From: Euprymna scolopes
Taxonomy: Eukaryota
Direction: 5' to 3' (one strand)
Assembly: GCA_053919585.1 (NCBI GenBank)
Contig: CM132804.1
DNA length: 64,000 bases
The number at the start of each line of letters is the position of its first letter. The stretch's first letter is position 1. Below the pieces are notes generated by a model. It worked only from the letters and a program-made list of their open reading frames with translations, was not told where the DNA came from and searched no databases. Made by a program: the position numbers and the translations under genes. Shown here piece by piece: positions 48,862 through 61,350 of this stretch.

Positions 48862-48960
48862 TGTGGTTATTCACGTTGACACACCGGTTATTCCAAAGTT
48901 AAGCAACGATTACTCTGGCCAGTACTAGATGGGTGATCATTCGTGGTATCATGGTAATCG
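48862..48960 (+). pseudogene. 5S rRNA-derived fragment
   Basis: cacgttgacacaccggtt..ccaaagttaagcaacg..ctggccagtactagatgggtga. Confidence 0.8.
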
Positions 48961-48973
48961 ATGAACGGACATC

Positions 48974-49026
<53 letters not shown>

Positions 49027-49030
<4 letters not shown>

Positions 49031-49369
49031 CAATAGAAAAATGCGAGCATGAAAAGTAATGTGGTTAAGTTTAAACATGGAAAAGTAAAATGACTAGTTG
49101 TTAAAACTGGAAAAGAAAAAGACAAGATATTCTAGTAAAAAATATAATAAATTTATAACTTAAAATATTGCAGCATTAACAATTGATTATATAATGCCAT
49201 AAGTTGACTTTTAAAAAATTCTTACTGCTGCAATATTTTAAGTTATAAATTTATATTTTTTACTAGAATATCTTGTCTTTTCTTTTCCAGTTTTAACAAA
49301 TAGTCCTTTACTTTTCTATATTTAAGCTTAACCATATTACTTTTCATGTTCGTATTTTTCTATTGTAAT
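49027..49369. repeat. Palindrome with ~146-bp arms and ~50-bp spacer
   Basis: attacaatagaaaaat...aaaatattgcagca / tgctgcaatatttt...atttttctattgtaat. Confidence 0.9.
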
Positions 49370-49832
49370 CCACAATTTTTCCAGGCGTCCAGTAAATTAA
49401 CTTGTTCTTTGTTTAATTTCAGTCTTATTTTTTTGCCTCCATAAACATAACATTCATATATGTAATAACAATGTACCACACTCGTCGGCTTCAATAAAAT
49501 CACCCCATTCTTTCATTCTCTCTGTTTTATTTGTTACTTTTCTTTTCGAAAGAGCGGTGAATAGGTAGCAACAGTAGTCGCTGAAGCGACGTGGTTGCTA
49601 TGAAAACCAGTCATAAACACGTCGCTCACCTCCATACGTTTTTTTTACGATTTTACACCAGTAAATTCATAAGTTTTGTATTACTGAACGAAAATTGAAA
49701 ATATTTTTTCACAATATAGCTGAGAGGGTGAACTGTAAGAATTGTTTGAATTTAAATTTAAAGCAGTTCTAAATGACTAAAACTACCACTTTACCATATA
49801 TTCAAACACGGTAGTGTGTGAATGACATATAG

Positions 49833-49853
49833 TTATAATATAAAGCTGAACGT

Positions 49854-49927
<74 letters not shown>

Positions 49928-50405
49928 TCACGAATAGGCTCCTATATGGTTGACTATTTTTAAAAAAACTGATTACATATAATGATAGAATATGCATCGA
50001 GGATCAGGAATGGATATGTTTGATCTGGCAGAACGGTGGTTCATAAAAATTGTGGTTTCTGCGTTCGCGCCTGGCTCCCCAAAGTGTGGAAATAAAAAAT
50101 GAAAAATAAAACGTTTACAAGTGTTTTTGATATAGATGTATATTAGAATACTTTGATAAGTATGTTTCAACTTAAATAGGGATGGTATAATAAAATTGCT
50201 AGTTCTGCGTTCGCGCCTGTACTCCATGGAAATATACCACAAACTTTAACAAAGACTTTTCATATCTATTTGCGTAAGAATGTAAGTATACGTTGATAAT
50301 TATTTTTCAGTTTGAAGAAATATAGTATAATAAAATTATTGGGTGTTCGTTCGCGCATGACCTCCATAGCATGTAAATATGTCACAAAGTTTAACAAGGT
50401 TTTTT
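49833..50405 (+). repeat. Helitron-like 5' region with three ~146-bp tandem subrepeats
   Basis: cgttcgcgc at ~50062, 50208, 50348, preceded by tataatataaagctgaa-(TG)n. Confidence 0.55.
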
Positions 50406-51159
50406 AAAAGGGGCGAGGGTCCACAATATAACCTTAACTTTAATCTTAATTCACGTTAGCTTTTTTTTTTTTTTGAGTTGAATCATATTGTGTCGAATAA
50501 ATTCACCTCATAAATGCACGTTCTTATTAAAGTGAAAGCCAAAAAAAGTCGGAACTTTAGACAATTCTCGACACAAATTTTGCATAACTCTGTTTTTCCT
50601 TCTCCAGTTGCACGTGGCACTCTTTCGAAAATAGATAAATAATAAAAAATAAGAACGTTACTTGTTATCGTGTCAAAAGAAGGAAAAAATCCTGCTCATG
50701 TGATTACGTGTATTTTTAAAAAACATTTACATAACCTTTTTATTTTTATTTATATATCTGTTTAAGCTTTTTTGTCAGTGTACTAGAAGGAATTCAGTTG
50801 ATTACAACCCTTTCTGCGTGTTCTTTACATTACAATAATACAACTCTGAATCCGACGGCGCAATACTACACCGTTCAATACTGTAAAACTGAAACGAAGC
50901 TGTTCTGCTTGAAAAGGGCGCCATTTTCTTTTTATTCATATTTATATCGATTCTTTGCTTTAAAAAACTAAAGTAATTACGTGTTAACTTTTTTAATATC
51001 CCATTTTGCTGTTTCGGATTATTTTACTAAAGTAAATAAAGCTTCATTATTTTTCAAAACTGTTTTTTTTTCTTTGTTTTTCGATATTTTGTCGATACTG
51101 TTTAGTGAGAGTGTTTAGCAGAAAAGTCAACAAACGACCAACCGAAAAAATAAATATAC

Positions 51160-51597
51160 AAGAAATAAATGTTACCATAGTCAAAAAGAGTTCAGTTCAT
51201 GTTTTTGTCTTGTTATGAAATAGTTTTTAATGCTCTTTACTTGAAATAATTTCAGCGAACCGAAATTAAAACGAAATTTGAGGTGATAACTAATCAAATG
51301 AATTTTTATATAAACTACACATGCCATAATTGAATATTCCTCAAGCACAAAATAACGGAAAACATTAAAATATGTTTATAAATATTCCTTACGTTGAAGG
51401 AACTCTCTTAAATTGTTAACACATATTGCTCAGGTGCCCCTCCTTCAAATTGAAAACGGAGCTCTCCATTTCAAAGTCGTTGCCATTTTGATTTTTTTTT
51501 AAACCGGTTCGTGAATTAAATTGTTTTTTTTTTACAAACCAATGAACTTTTCTACCGTAAAAGTAACTTTTATTGACTATGGTAACATTTATTTCTT
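51160..51597. mobile_element. MITE-like element with ~24-33-bp inverted termini
   Basis: aagaaataaatgttaccatagtcaa ... ttgactatggtaacatttatttctt. Confidence 0.7.
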
Positions 51598-51869
51598 ATT
51601 ATTATATATATATAACATTTTCTCTTTGTAAAGAAAAATCATTTTGTTAGTCACTCTTGGCTACGAATGGAAACAAAGTTGATATAAAAAATACATTTTC
51701 GCGAAAATTATCTTTACTTTCATCATATTTTGCTTAGGGTAAAATTTTTGAGTATCAAAACCTATCTCTTTACAACCTCCTCCTTTTCATAACCTATCAT
51801 ACTTTCATCAATCACAGTCCATTTTCTGTAGGCTGTTTTTGAACCCAGTCACCGACGATACTTCTGCTA

Positions 51870-51928
<59 letters not shown>

Positions 51929-51979
51929 GTTTTTAACTCCTTTTCAGAGTGTTTTTAACATGTGTTATTAACTACGTGT

Positions 51980-52034
<55 letters not shown>

Positions 52035-52929
52035 CTGTTGATATATAGCTATGGCATTTGCAAGGATAAACAACTATATGGTAATTTCTAAAGTTATACA
52101 CATGCAACTGTATATTCAGTGGGTTCACATATATCTATAATCCTATAAATTTGAGGGGGGTTTGTGGATCGGTATTTATATTTAAAACCTTTTTTTTTTC
52201 AGTTTATTTAAAAAGAAAATACAACTTTGTTAGAAATGAGTCGTGGACTTGCATTCATCGGCAAAATATCTTGCTAATTTGCATATTCTTTTAAATATTC
52301 ATTTTAATGAATTCCTTATTAGTTTTTCGGTTTTATTATGGGATGATCATTTTTGTTAAATATTACGTGTAATTATATTAATGCAGATATTCTACGTTAT
52401 TCATATATTTTTTTAAAAGATTATCTTTTTAAAAAATATATTTATATATGTGTATATAAGTATTTGTTTTATAAAATTGCCTACTTCTGTCAGTTTTTGG
52501 TCTACAGACATGAAACTTAAAATATAGAGTATTCGAACCCATGTAAAAATCTATAATTGGATTTAAACCGGGAAAATCCGTGCAAAATATGAGAATTAAA
52601 AAATGGCATTCACAAGGTGAAGACAGACGATTGCTTTATGAATATGCATGCGTAACGTAATAGCTTTGGTTCATGTTAAAATTTTTAATTTTGAAGCAAA
52701 CATGTCTTCATACCTCAGGCATTAACGTCAAACCTCAAAGTAAATCGTGAACTAAACGTTTTGATTTCGATTCTTGATGGTGGCGTATGAGTCCTTATTT
52801 TTTAAGACTTTGTTAATCATTACTATATATTGAGTCTAATATGATATAATTGTAAATACGAAATCTGCATTAATTCAAATATCATGTTTAAGTGAATTTT
52901 ACGATCGGGCAATGCCGACCAGCTTGCAA

Positions 52930-53015
<86 letters not shown>

Positions 53016-53254
53016 GATATTTCTGAATTTCTTAGATGATTGTTTGGTTATTCGTATTATTTGGATTCATCGGACTAAAGATCTCATCTTGAGTTGGAGT
53101 ACTTGGAAAAATCAATTGTAAAAAAAGTGATATTCTCCTGAAGGTTGAAGGTTTATTCCTAAGTGTGGGCGACCGAAAGATACAATAGCGAAGTACATAA
53201 GACCTCTGTCCAGTCATTGCTGATTGAACAAGAGCAAGCAACCCTCGTGAAGTA

Positions 53255-53391
53255 AATAAAATTCTGTCCAAATTTCTGAGTTCGACATAAACATTCCTGA
53301 GTTTGATAAGAAACACCTAAAGAAGGTCGGAGGTTATATCGACCGAAACATAGAGAAAATCACACTCAAGATGAGAACAGTAGTCAGATAA
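53255..53391 (+). mobile_element. Family C-related pLTR/HHR remnant (relative at 57455-57605)
   Basis: cac CTAAAGA a ggtcg-gaggttatat-cgacc GAAAC...aagatgagaaca; core mutated, stem II changed on both sides relative to GGCCA/TGGCC. Confidence 0.6.
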
Positions 53392-53889
53392 NNNNNNNNN
53401 NNNNNNNNNNNNNNNNNNNNNNNNNNNNNNNNNNNNNNNNNNNNNNNNNNNNNNNNNNNNNNNNNNNNNNNNNNNNNNNNNNNNNNNNNNNNNNNNNNNN
53501 NNNNNNNNNNNNNNNNNNNNNNNNNNNNNNNNNNNNNNNNNNNNNNNNNNNNNNATTGTTAAACCAGGAGATTATTTAATTCACACAAAAATTTTATTTG
53601 TATTTTTTATGCAGTACGTCTTACACGTGTTTCATTAATTAGCGGAAATCCAATAAACAACTTTTCCGAGACAAATATATGTTCCTCACAAAACAATTTT
53701 TTTTTTTTATGCTTTTTTTTTTGTTATTGTTGTTGGAATGAAAAAGATTGATAAAAAACAATAAAATATATTTAAAGTTCGCTTAAACACAAGAATAAAA
53801 AGCAATTACATATTGCAGTGTTGATAGGCACACGCCCAAAATACAAACAATTAAATTCAAGCACACGTGGGAATACTTTTTATTCTGCC

Positions 53890-53959
<70 letters not shown>

Positions 53960-54177
53960 AGTGGTACATCACAGGTTCAGCGCCCTCACCTTTATATATA
54001 ATTATAGAGAATGCTTTGTTTTTATGTGTGATGTTTTAGCATGCGTTTTATGTAGACGACAGCTTGTTCTTGCTTATATTTGGCGCTCTCGACTAGCAAT
54101 AATGAGACGGCGAGATTTTCCTTCCATGCGCTTTCACATGTTCGAGTCTAAGAATGTCCTTTATTTACCTTTGAACA

Positions 54178-54252
<75 letters not shown>

Positions 54253-54354
54253 CGTCTGATGTAGGTTGAGGTCAACGTATTTGCTAAATGTACCAAAGTG
54301 TGGCTCAGTATGGTGCAGTATGTTTTAGTAATAGTAATGTGCTCTGTTATCCCG

Positions 54355-54391
<37 letters not shown>

Positions 54392-54931
54392 AAACACTCT
54401 CTCTCTCTCTCTCCCTCTCTACCTATTATTCTCTTATCTCGTATACTTTTCCTATCATTTTCGTTCTGTCATTCCCCTCTCTCTCTCTCTCTCTCTATTT
54501 CTCTCTCTTTCTTTTCGGTTCTATCTTCGCCATTATCTCGTCGAAAAAAGCAACAAATCTCACCACAGAATCATTTGTTACTTCTTTGTTTTGAATGCGT
54601 CCATGCATCTGTCTGTAAGTCTTTAGTTTATCAATAAGTCACGTTTCATTTATTTTAAACTAGCAGGATCTGTGTACCAGCGTTGTTAGTGGCAGTATGT
54701 TCCCCACCCCATCTGTAAAAAAAAACAAAACAATTAAACTACGGTTGTTAGTGAGAGCCATATAGGCCTATTAATATGGCGGACACTGGCGTTCATGGCC
54801 AAAATTAATGTACTGCGTCAAAGTACCGTCGTATTTCATATATATTTATATATTGAAGTGTTTAGTTTCTAAATAATAGCGTCTTTTATATTATGATTCT
54901 TTCCGAAGAAAATACTGAATATTATAAAAAG

Positions 54932-55410
54932 ACATCATCATCATCATGCAGTCCGTTAGTCTTGACGATGACGAGTAGGGACCTCAGTGCTTTATCCCTT
55001 GGTGTTGGGTAGTCTCACTCAATCGCCACAGGACTTCCCACCTTGGCTTCAAACTTGCTTGTGCAGTTTAGGTGCAGTATCTGTTGCGCATCAAATAGAC
55101 ACCCTCTGAATCTCCAATGCTTATGTCCAGTGAACGAACCCGCGACGACTGGCAGCAGAGGAGGCCGCAGCTTCTGGCCGAAAGTAATCTCAGTGAGGTA
55201 AACAGTCGCCCTATCGTGTCCGCTACTACGCCTTTTCGTTCTGGATAAGTTCCATAGTCTTTTAAGGAAAACTGCAAGGCAGCAGTAGGAGTTGAAGTCA
55301 GAGCTCCCCTCTCCTAGACTTTTGCTGTGGTAAGGGCCACGAGGTAGTGGTGTTTGATTTTGGGGTTGGTTCCCCTAGTCTTTGCCCAATCAAGGGCACC
55401 CACAAGTCAA
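54932..55410 (-). mobile_element. Non-autonomous RTE-type retroelement (leader-like part, short 3' end, (ATG)n tail)
   Basis: Minus strand ends catcgtcaagactaacggactgc-atgatgatgatgatg and contains gtctaggagaggggagctctgacttcaa; no ORF. Confidence 0.55.
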
Positions 55411-55982
55411 GTAATATGTTGCGGAAATAAGATTGTTGGCAAGAAATAAGTTCGTTTCAATCTATTGAATAAACTACCGTATTTGTTTTTTCCGGCATAA
55501 TAATCGAAAAACAACCAAACTGTTTGGGAACTAACCTCTTCAATTTAGTCACAAGTTAACATGTTCAATCTAGCCATATTAAACTTCTGTATATTTCTCT
55601 TTATCGGTATAATAATAAAAAAGCGTAAATATTTGGGAGCTGCCATCTCTATTTTAGTCCCGAGTTAACATCCTCAATAAAGCTTATATAGCATTAATGC
55701 GGGTCATTTTCAAGGTTAAAAAAAGTTAAATTGGTTGTTCCTCATTGCCTTTTACATTAATCCTAATTTGGTAATATTTTCAGGTTTCTGGTAATCTGTA
55801 AAGGGATAACAGACGTAAAATTGTCGCTGACAAGTAATCTTTCAATAAATCAAACAACGTGCACACGTGCGTTGTGTAGCAGGCTGTAACAAAGCATAAC
55901 GTATTTTGGCGACAATTGTATATGCGGTATACAGTATCATATTACGGAAAAAAACTATAAAATGTCAAATCGCATGGAAAAC

Positions 55983-56330
55983 TGTTGGAGACGCCCCTAG
56001 ATTATATCATGGTGTCACTTCCGTTTGGTGACATCACTTCCGGCATCGAGTACCGGTGCCCGACAGTCTGAGATTGTTACGCGTCGAAGCCGGTCGTGTG
56101 CAAACGCCTACCTTTGAGAAAATGGTATTCCCAACCGGTTTTTGCCTATAATATATGTGAATCAGCTAATCAGAATAGGCGGACTTTGCCAAGGGAGCCT
56201 TTAATATTTATGAATCGGAAATTGGAAAGATTATATTAGGCCTATGTATCTATTAGCCATTTACGGTCGGTGTAATCACAGAATCTGTAGAACATAGAGA
56301 ATCCGTCTCCGGTGACAACTGGTAGCAGTG
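55983..56330 (+). mobile_element. Putative LTR followed by a primer-binding site
   Basis: TGTTGGAGACG ... CGTCTCCggtgACA inverted termini, then TGGTAGCAG (56320-56328), complementary to the 3' end of animal initiator tRNA-Met. Confidence 0.5.
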
Positions 56331-57740
56331 GTAGTACTAAATATTTAGAGAGAAAAATAGAGACTTTTTTTCTCTAGATATGTCGCGAGTGTGATGGTTT
56401 AGTTCGTCGGATGCGATGTAGCATTTTATTATCACGACTCTAATGTGTCTAAAATGGTGTTTAAAAGCTACATAAGATTGTGGCTATTAGTCTAGATGTA
56501 TTGAATTTATATGTGGCATCTGTTGTTGCAAACATACGATACTTTGGCCCAGAGGGAAATTTCTGCAGTCATTTTATTATATAGGAGAGCCATCTTGAAT
56601 GCCTACTAAATACCACATCCGAATGTTTAAGGTCTCTCTGTAGAGGGGTTTGTCAGAACAACCTGACATGGGGATAATTTTCCCTAGAAATAGAATAAAT
56701 AGTCAACATCGCATAGTATTTATAGCTCCACTCCAAATCTCCGACATATAGCTAAGCCACAGTAGTTTTTTACTAGAACGGTGCACTGTATCTAAATGAT
56801 GTTGTCTCAAGTAAAAGCACAAAGTTGAATTCTCTACCAGATGAATTCTTGTCCTTAAAACCATTATGTCCAAGAGACTACAAGAAAGATATATTATAAC
56901 ATATTAAAAATAGTCAATTTGGGAGAAGAAAATTATGTACTGAACTTCTTTAATAACTTAGTGTTTGAGAGATACAGAACTTTAATGGGACATTCGAATA
57001 TCTATGTATCTCATATAGAGTTCCAGGTAGCAGGCCCCTTGATTTCTCTGAACTTTGATTGAGGAAAAATGATACAAGTGAGACGGAGTCAATCATTACT
57101 ATGACGAAGGAATATTCAGATCATTGTTTTGACTCTCGTGTGTGTATACGACACAGTTTGACACAGTAAATCAATCGAGAACCACATCACTCTATCTTAA
57201 AACATAGAAGACATTAACTGATATATGCATGAGAGTCAAAATAACGAAAAGAATATTCTCTCGTCATATCGCTAGTCATTACTTATCAAGGCCCCAAACT
57301 CACTCGAGGATAGGGTTGATGAGTTTGTCAAAGTGGAGGGTGAGGCGACAGCGATTGGATACAGTGTTTGAAATTTGCAATTTCTTTTTTAATACACGGA
57401 GTGACTTGCTCACGTTACGTCAGCCATGACCGAGATTAATAAAAGCTTCCGTTCTAAATTCCGTGCAGATCCTTGAGCTCGACAGATATATTTCCGAATT
57501 TGACAAGATTTGCATTAAAAAGGTCGGAGGTCACATCAGCCGAAATGATTTGAAAATAACACTTAAGATGAGAACATTACTTCGCATAATGCAAATAATA
57601 CGAACTAGCGTGATCTGTGCAAATTCCACAGCGGACTATTCATATATAATATATTGATGTTGGCATTCTGTGGATGTTCAGCGTAAATGGAGATGCTCAT
57701 ATATTATTGTATCTCTTTTGTTATAACTGCAAACGTATTT

Positions 57741-57918
57741 ATATAAGCTAGAAGGGACGCCCGGCTTAGCCTGGTGGTAAAATACTCTTAAATATGATAA
57801 TTTATGCATATTTCGTATATATTATTATAGTCAATTTTCTATTGATTTTATATATTATAAATTTGTGATTTCAAAAATAAAAAAAACATATTCTTATAAA
57901 ACTTATGAAGAAAAAATG

Positions 57919-57970
<52 letters not shown>

Positions 57971-58149
57971 CATATATATATATATATACACACATTTTTT
58001 TCTTCATAAGATTCATATGAATATATTTTTTTATTTTTAATATATAAGAATCAATAGAAAATTGATCTATGATAATATATACGAAATGTGCATAAATTAC
58101 CATATTTAAGAGTATTTTACGACCAGGCTAAGCCGAACGTCCCTGCTAG

Positions 58150-58156
<7 letters not shown>
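57741..58156. repeat. Palindrome of two Helitron-type 3' termini around a (TA)n spacer
   Basis: aagCTAGaagggacgcccggcttagcctgg... / ...ccaggctaagccgaacgtccctgCTAGctt; arms ~170-185 bp. Confidence 0.85.
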
Positions 58157-58222
<66 letters not shown>

Positions 58223-58661
58223 CATGGATTCCTTCAGTTATAATCGAAACCAAAACTCATGAAGAATGATTGGTAAAATTATTTATTATAAAATATGGAA
58301 GGTCATGGCAATTAAACGACAATCACTTGGAAGAAAAACGATCGAAGTGCGACACACAAAATAACACACACACTATCGTATTAATAATACGAATTTTCAA
58401 TCCTCATCTAAAATATACTATTTATAAGTTAATTTGAGATATTTTTAAGATTTTTAATTATAAAATACAAATGTTTATTTTTTCATGTTCGTGTTTTGTC
58501 CACGTTCTTTCTATTTAATTTAAATTGATATTTTGCACTTGACAAATATGCAATGAAAATGTTATTGAAAGCATCCAGCTCTGTTTGAGAGTTTTGTCAT
58601 ATTCACACTAGAGTTGGTCCGGAAATGTTACCGAACGCTAAGAGTCAATATAAAACACCTA

Positions 58662-58734
<73 letters not shown>

Positions 58735-58739
<5 letters not shown>

Positions 58740-58902
58740 AGTTATAAAATATATATGGCGATTAATCTACACTGAATATTCCGCGTTTCATCCACTCTAG
58801 GACTCTTCAGGCTTAGGCGCATAAGCTTGAAGAGTCCTAGAGTGGATGAAACGCGGAATATTCAGTGTAGCTTAATCGCCATATATATTTTATAACTTAC
58901 TA
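58735..58902. repeat. Near-perfect hairpin (81-bp arms, 6-nt loop) containing hammerhead cores
   Basis: Two mismatches between arms; each arm reads (C/T)TGAAGA GTCC-tagagt-GGAT GAAAC gcgg. Confidence 0.9.
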
Positions 58903-59023
58903 ACTTGCTCTACCTACATATTGAGCACTTTTGAAGTAAATACTTAAAGTTTACGCATAAATTTATACTTTCGTATATTAATTTTATGTGAGTAAATTAA
59001 GTAGTTATATATATATATATATG

Positions 59024-59054
<31 letters not shown>

Positions 59055-59187
59055 GTATAACTATGTACAAATATGTATAAATATATATTTATATACGTAA
59101 AAATTATATATATGTATAAATATCTATATATGCATAACTATATATTTATATATGTACATATATATATATATATAATAATTTCGCGAG

Positions 59188-59565
59188 TACAAAATTTAAG
59201 TATTGCAATCATGATGGGAATAATTTTATTATTCATGATTTAAATAAAATACATAAAACACGGTTTTAAAAAAGGGGGGGAGAAAGAAAAAGAAAAATAA
59301 AGGAGGATGTTAGCTAACCGGTTTCGCCCACGCTTTTTCTTAAAGTTACATCGAGGGATTTTCGATTACATATTTTTTATTTTTATTTTTAATCAGACCG
59401 CTCCATACAACTTTGAAAAAGCGAGGGCGAAACCGGTCAGCTGACTCTTCCCTTTATTTTTCTTTTATTACGTCTCCCCTTTTTAAAGGTGTTTTACGTA
59501 TTTTATTTTTGATCATGAAAAAATAAAAGTATTCCATTTATAATTGAAATTCATAATTTGTGTAT
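59188..59565. repeat. Imperfect ~380-bp fold-back
   Basis: gttagctaaccggtttcgcccacgcttttt versus aaaaagcgagggcgaaaccggtcagctgac, with matching AT-rich outer arms. Confidence 0.8.
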
Positions 59566-59863
59566 TGATTTTTTTTCCTGCCAACTAATCCTCTGGTCTA
59601 ACTTGGAAAACCGCTATCTGCAGACAATGCTCACCTGGACCCGTAGGGACTCAACGCCACTGTCTACTGCGCCACGGATCCGGAAGTGGTTGACAGAGGT
59701 GTTGAGTCTCTGCGATTCCAGGTGATTAGTGTCCGAAGATAGTTTCAGTCTTACCCATAGCAGGGCAAGGAATTAACGTAGTGAGACAACAACAACTATG
59801 GAAGGCAGTAATTACTGGGGATACAGTTATAAGACTAAGCATTCCTACCTCGTCGCGTTTAGC

Positions 59864-59945
59864 CGCCTGAAGAAGGCCAGAGGATGAGATGGCTGAAATG
59901 TTGTGAATCAACAACAACTACGAAGATGAGTATAACAGTCCGTAA
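59864..59945 (+). ncRNA. Family C minimal hammerhead plus tail
   Basis: cgc CUGAAGA a GGCCA-gaggaugaga-UGGCU GAAAU GUU gug...aagatgagtataacagtccg. Confidence 0.65.
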
Positions 59946-60309
59946 AAAAATGGTATACACACTTTGGATTTAGTTTGTGCATTTTAAAACACTTAGATAA
60001 TTAAGCCTTACCCAAGTTCCCTCATTATTTATCATGTTATCTCACCATTTACCTAACACGTACTAATTCTTCCTCTACAGCCTCCTGGCCTTTATAAGCT
60101 GTGACATCCAATTAAATAAAAAATATAGGAAAAAAAGAAATCATAATTTTTATAGAAAAGAAAATATAATAGATTCCAGTCGATTCACATTTATACACAT
60201 TGTCACGTGCCATTTTCTTGGCGCAATCAATTATGTAACCCTATAACCTGTCTTATACTTGACGATGATTTCCTTGCACGATAGTTTTCTTTTATTGTGG
60301 TTACATTTT

Positions 60310-60812
60310 GATGAGAGTCATGATTTTCGGATTACCCTTTTTGATAGCAATAGCAAGATTTTCAGAGAAACCTTTTCAGTAGATGTAATAGTAATTTAGA
60401 CCTTCTTTGTTGATGGAGGTGGCAAAACGTTCGGACGACCTCTTTTGATATGGGTAACGAGATATTCAACCACCAGTATTGGTAGTAATAATAAGATTTT
60501 CGGACCATCCTTTTCAGTCGGGTTAACAAGTCTGTTGACCTTTTTATTGTTGGAGGTAACAAAATGTTCAGACTGTCTTTTTTGATATGGGTAATAAAGT
60601 TTTCCGACCATCCTTGTTGGTAGTGATAACAAGATTTTTAAACCACTCTCTCCGGTAGGATTAATAAGACTTTGACCTTTTATTATTGCTGGGAGTGACA
60701 AAACGTTCGGACTACTCCTTTTGATATGGGTAATGAAGTTTTCGGACCACCCTTGTTGGTAGTAATAAAAAGAATTTCGGATCGCTCTCTTTGGTAGGGT
60801 AAACAGGATTTC

Positions 60813-60847
<35 letters not shown>

Positions 60848-60935
60848 GAGGTGACAAAACTTTCAGCCTATCTCTTTTGAGATGAATAATAAGATTTTTC
60901 GGACTATGAAAGGGACAGACTTTCGGATCCTCTTT
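60310..60935. repeat. Minisatellite with higher-order structure (~35-bp monomers, ~138-bp period)
   Basis: gga.gt.acaaaa.gttc.gac...ttttgatatgggtaa recurs at ~60415, 60552, 60691, 60847. Confidence 0.85.
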
Positions 60936-61350
60936 TTCTGGCTAGAATTTTAAAAAATACTTGGTCTTATTTCTATTGTTCGGACTATTACTATTGTACT
61001 GGTTTCTACTATTGTCACTCGTTGTAATTCTCACACCTTTTCGTGTAACCTCCGACTATCTTCAGGTGAAGCATTTGTCATGGTATGAAATGTGTAAGGA
61101 TCAAATCCGAAGAAAGGTGCGAGGAAAAGAAAAAGGAAAAATCGAGTGGCGATTTTGGAAAAGAACGCGAGTCGCCTCCTCTTTCCACTTCGAAAGCGAG
61201 CCGGCCGACTTGTGAATCCGAGATCGGATTACGGCAACCTAACTTCTGTGTGTATCTGCTGAAAACAAATGACTGCTATCTGATCAGGAATTGACAAGAA
61301 AAGAGTGGGCATATGTAGTCAGTGACTTTCTTGTTAAACTTGACGAAATA

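Noticed and set aside
55290-55400. HDV-like ribozyme in the RTE-type leader
   Set aside because: Partial P1/P3-like pairings exist, but P2 is not adjacent to P3 and P1.1 is missing.
60310-60935. CRISPR-like array
   Set aside because: Eukaryotic context; units are diverged tandem monomers without unique spacers; no cas genes.
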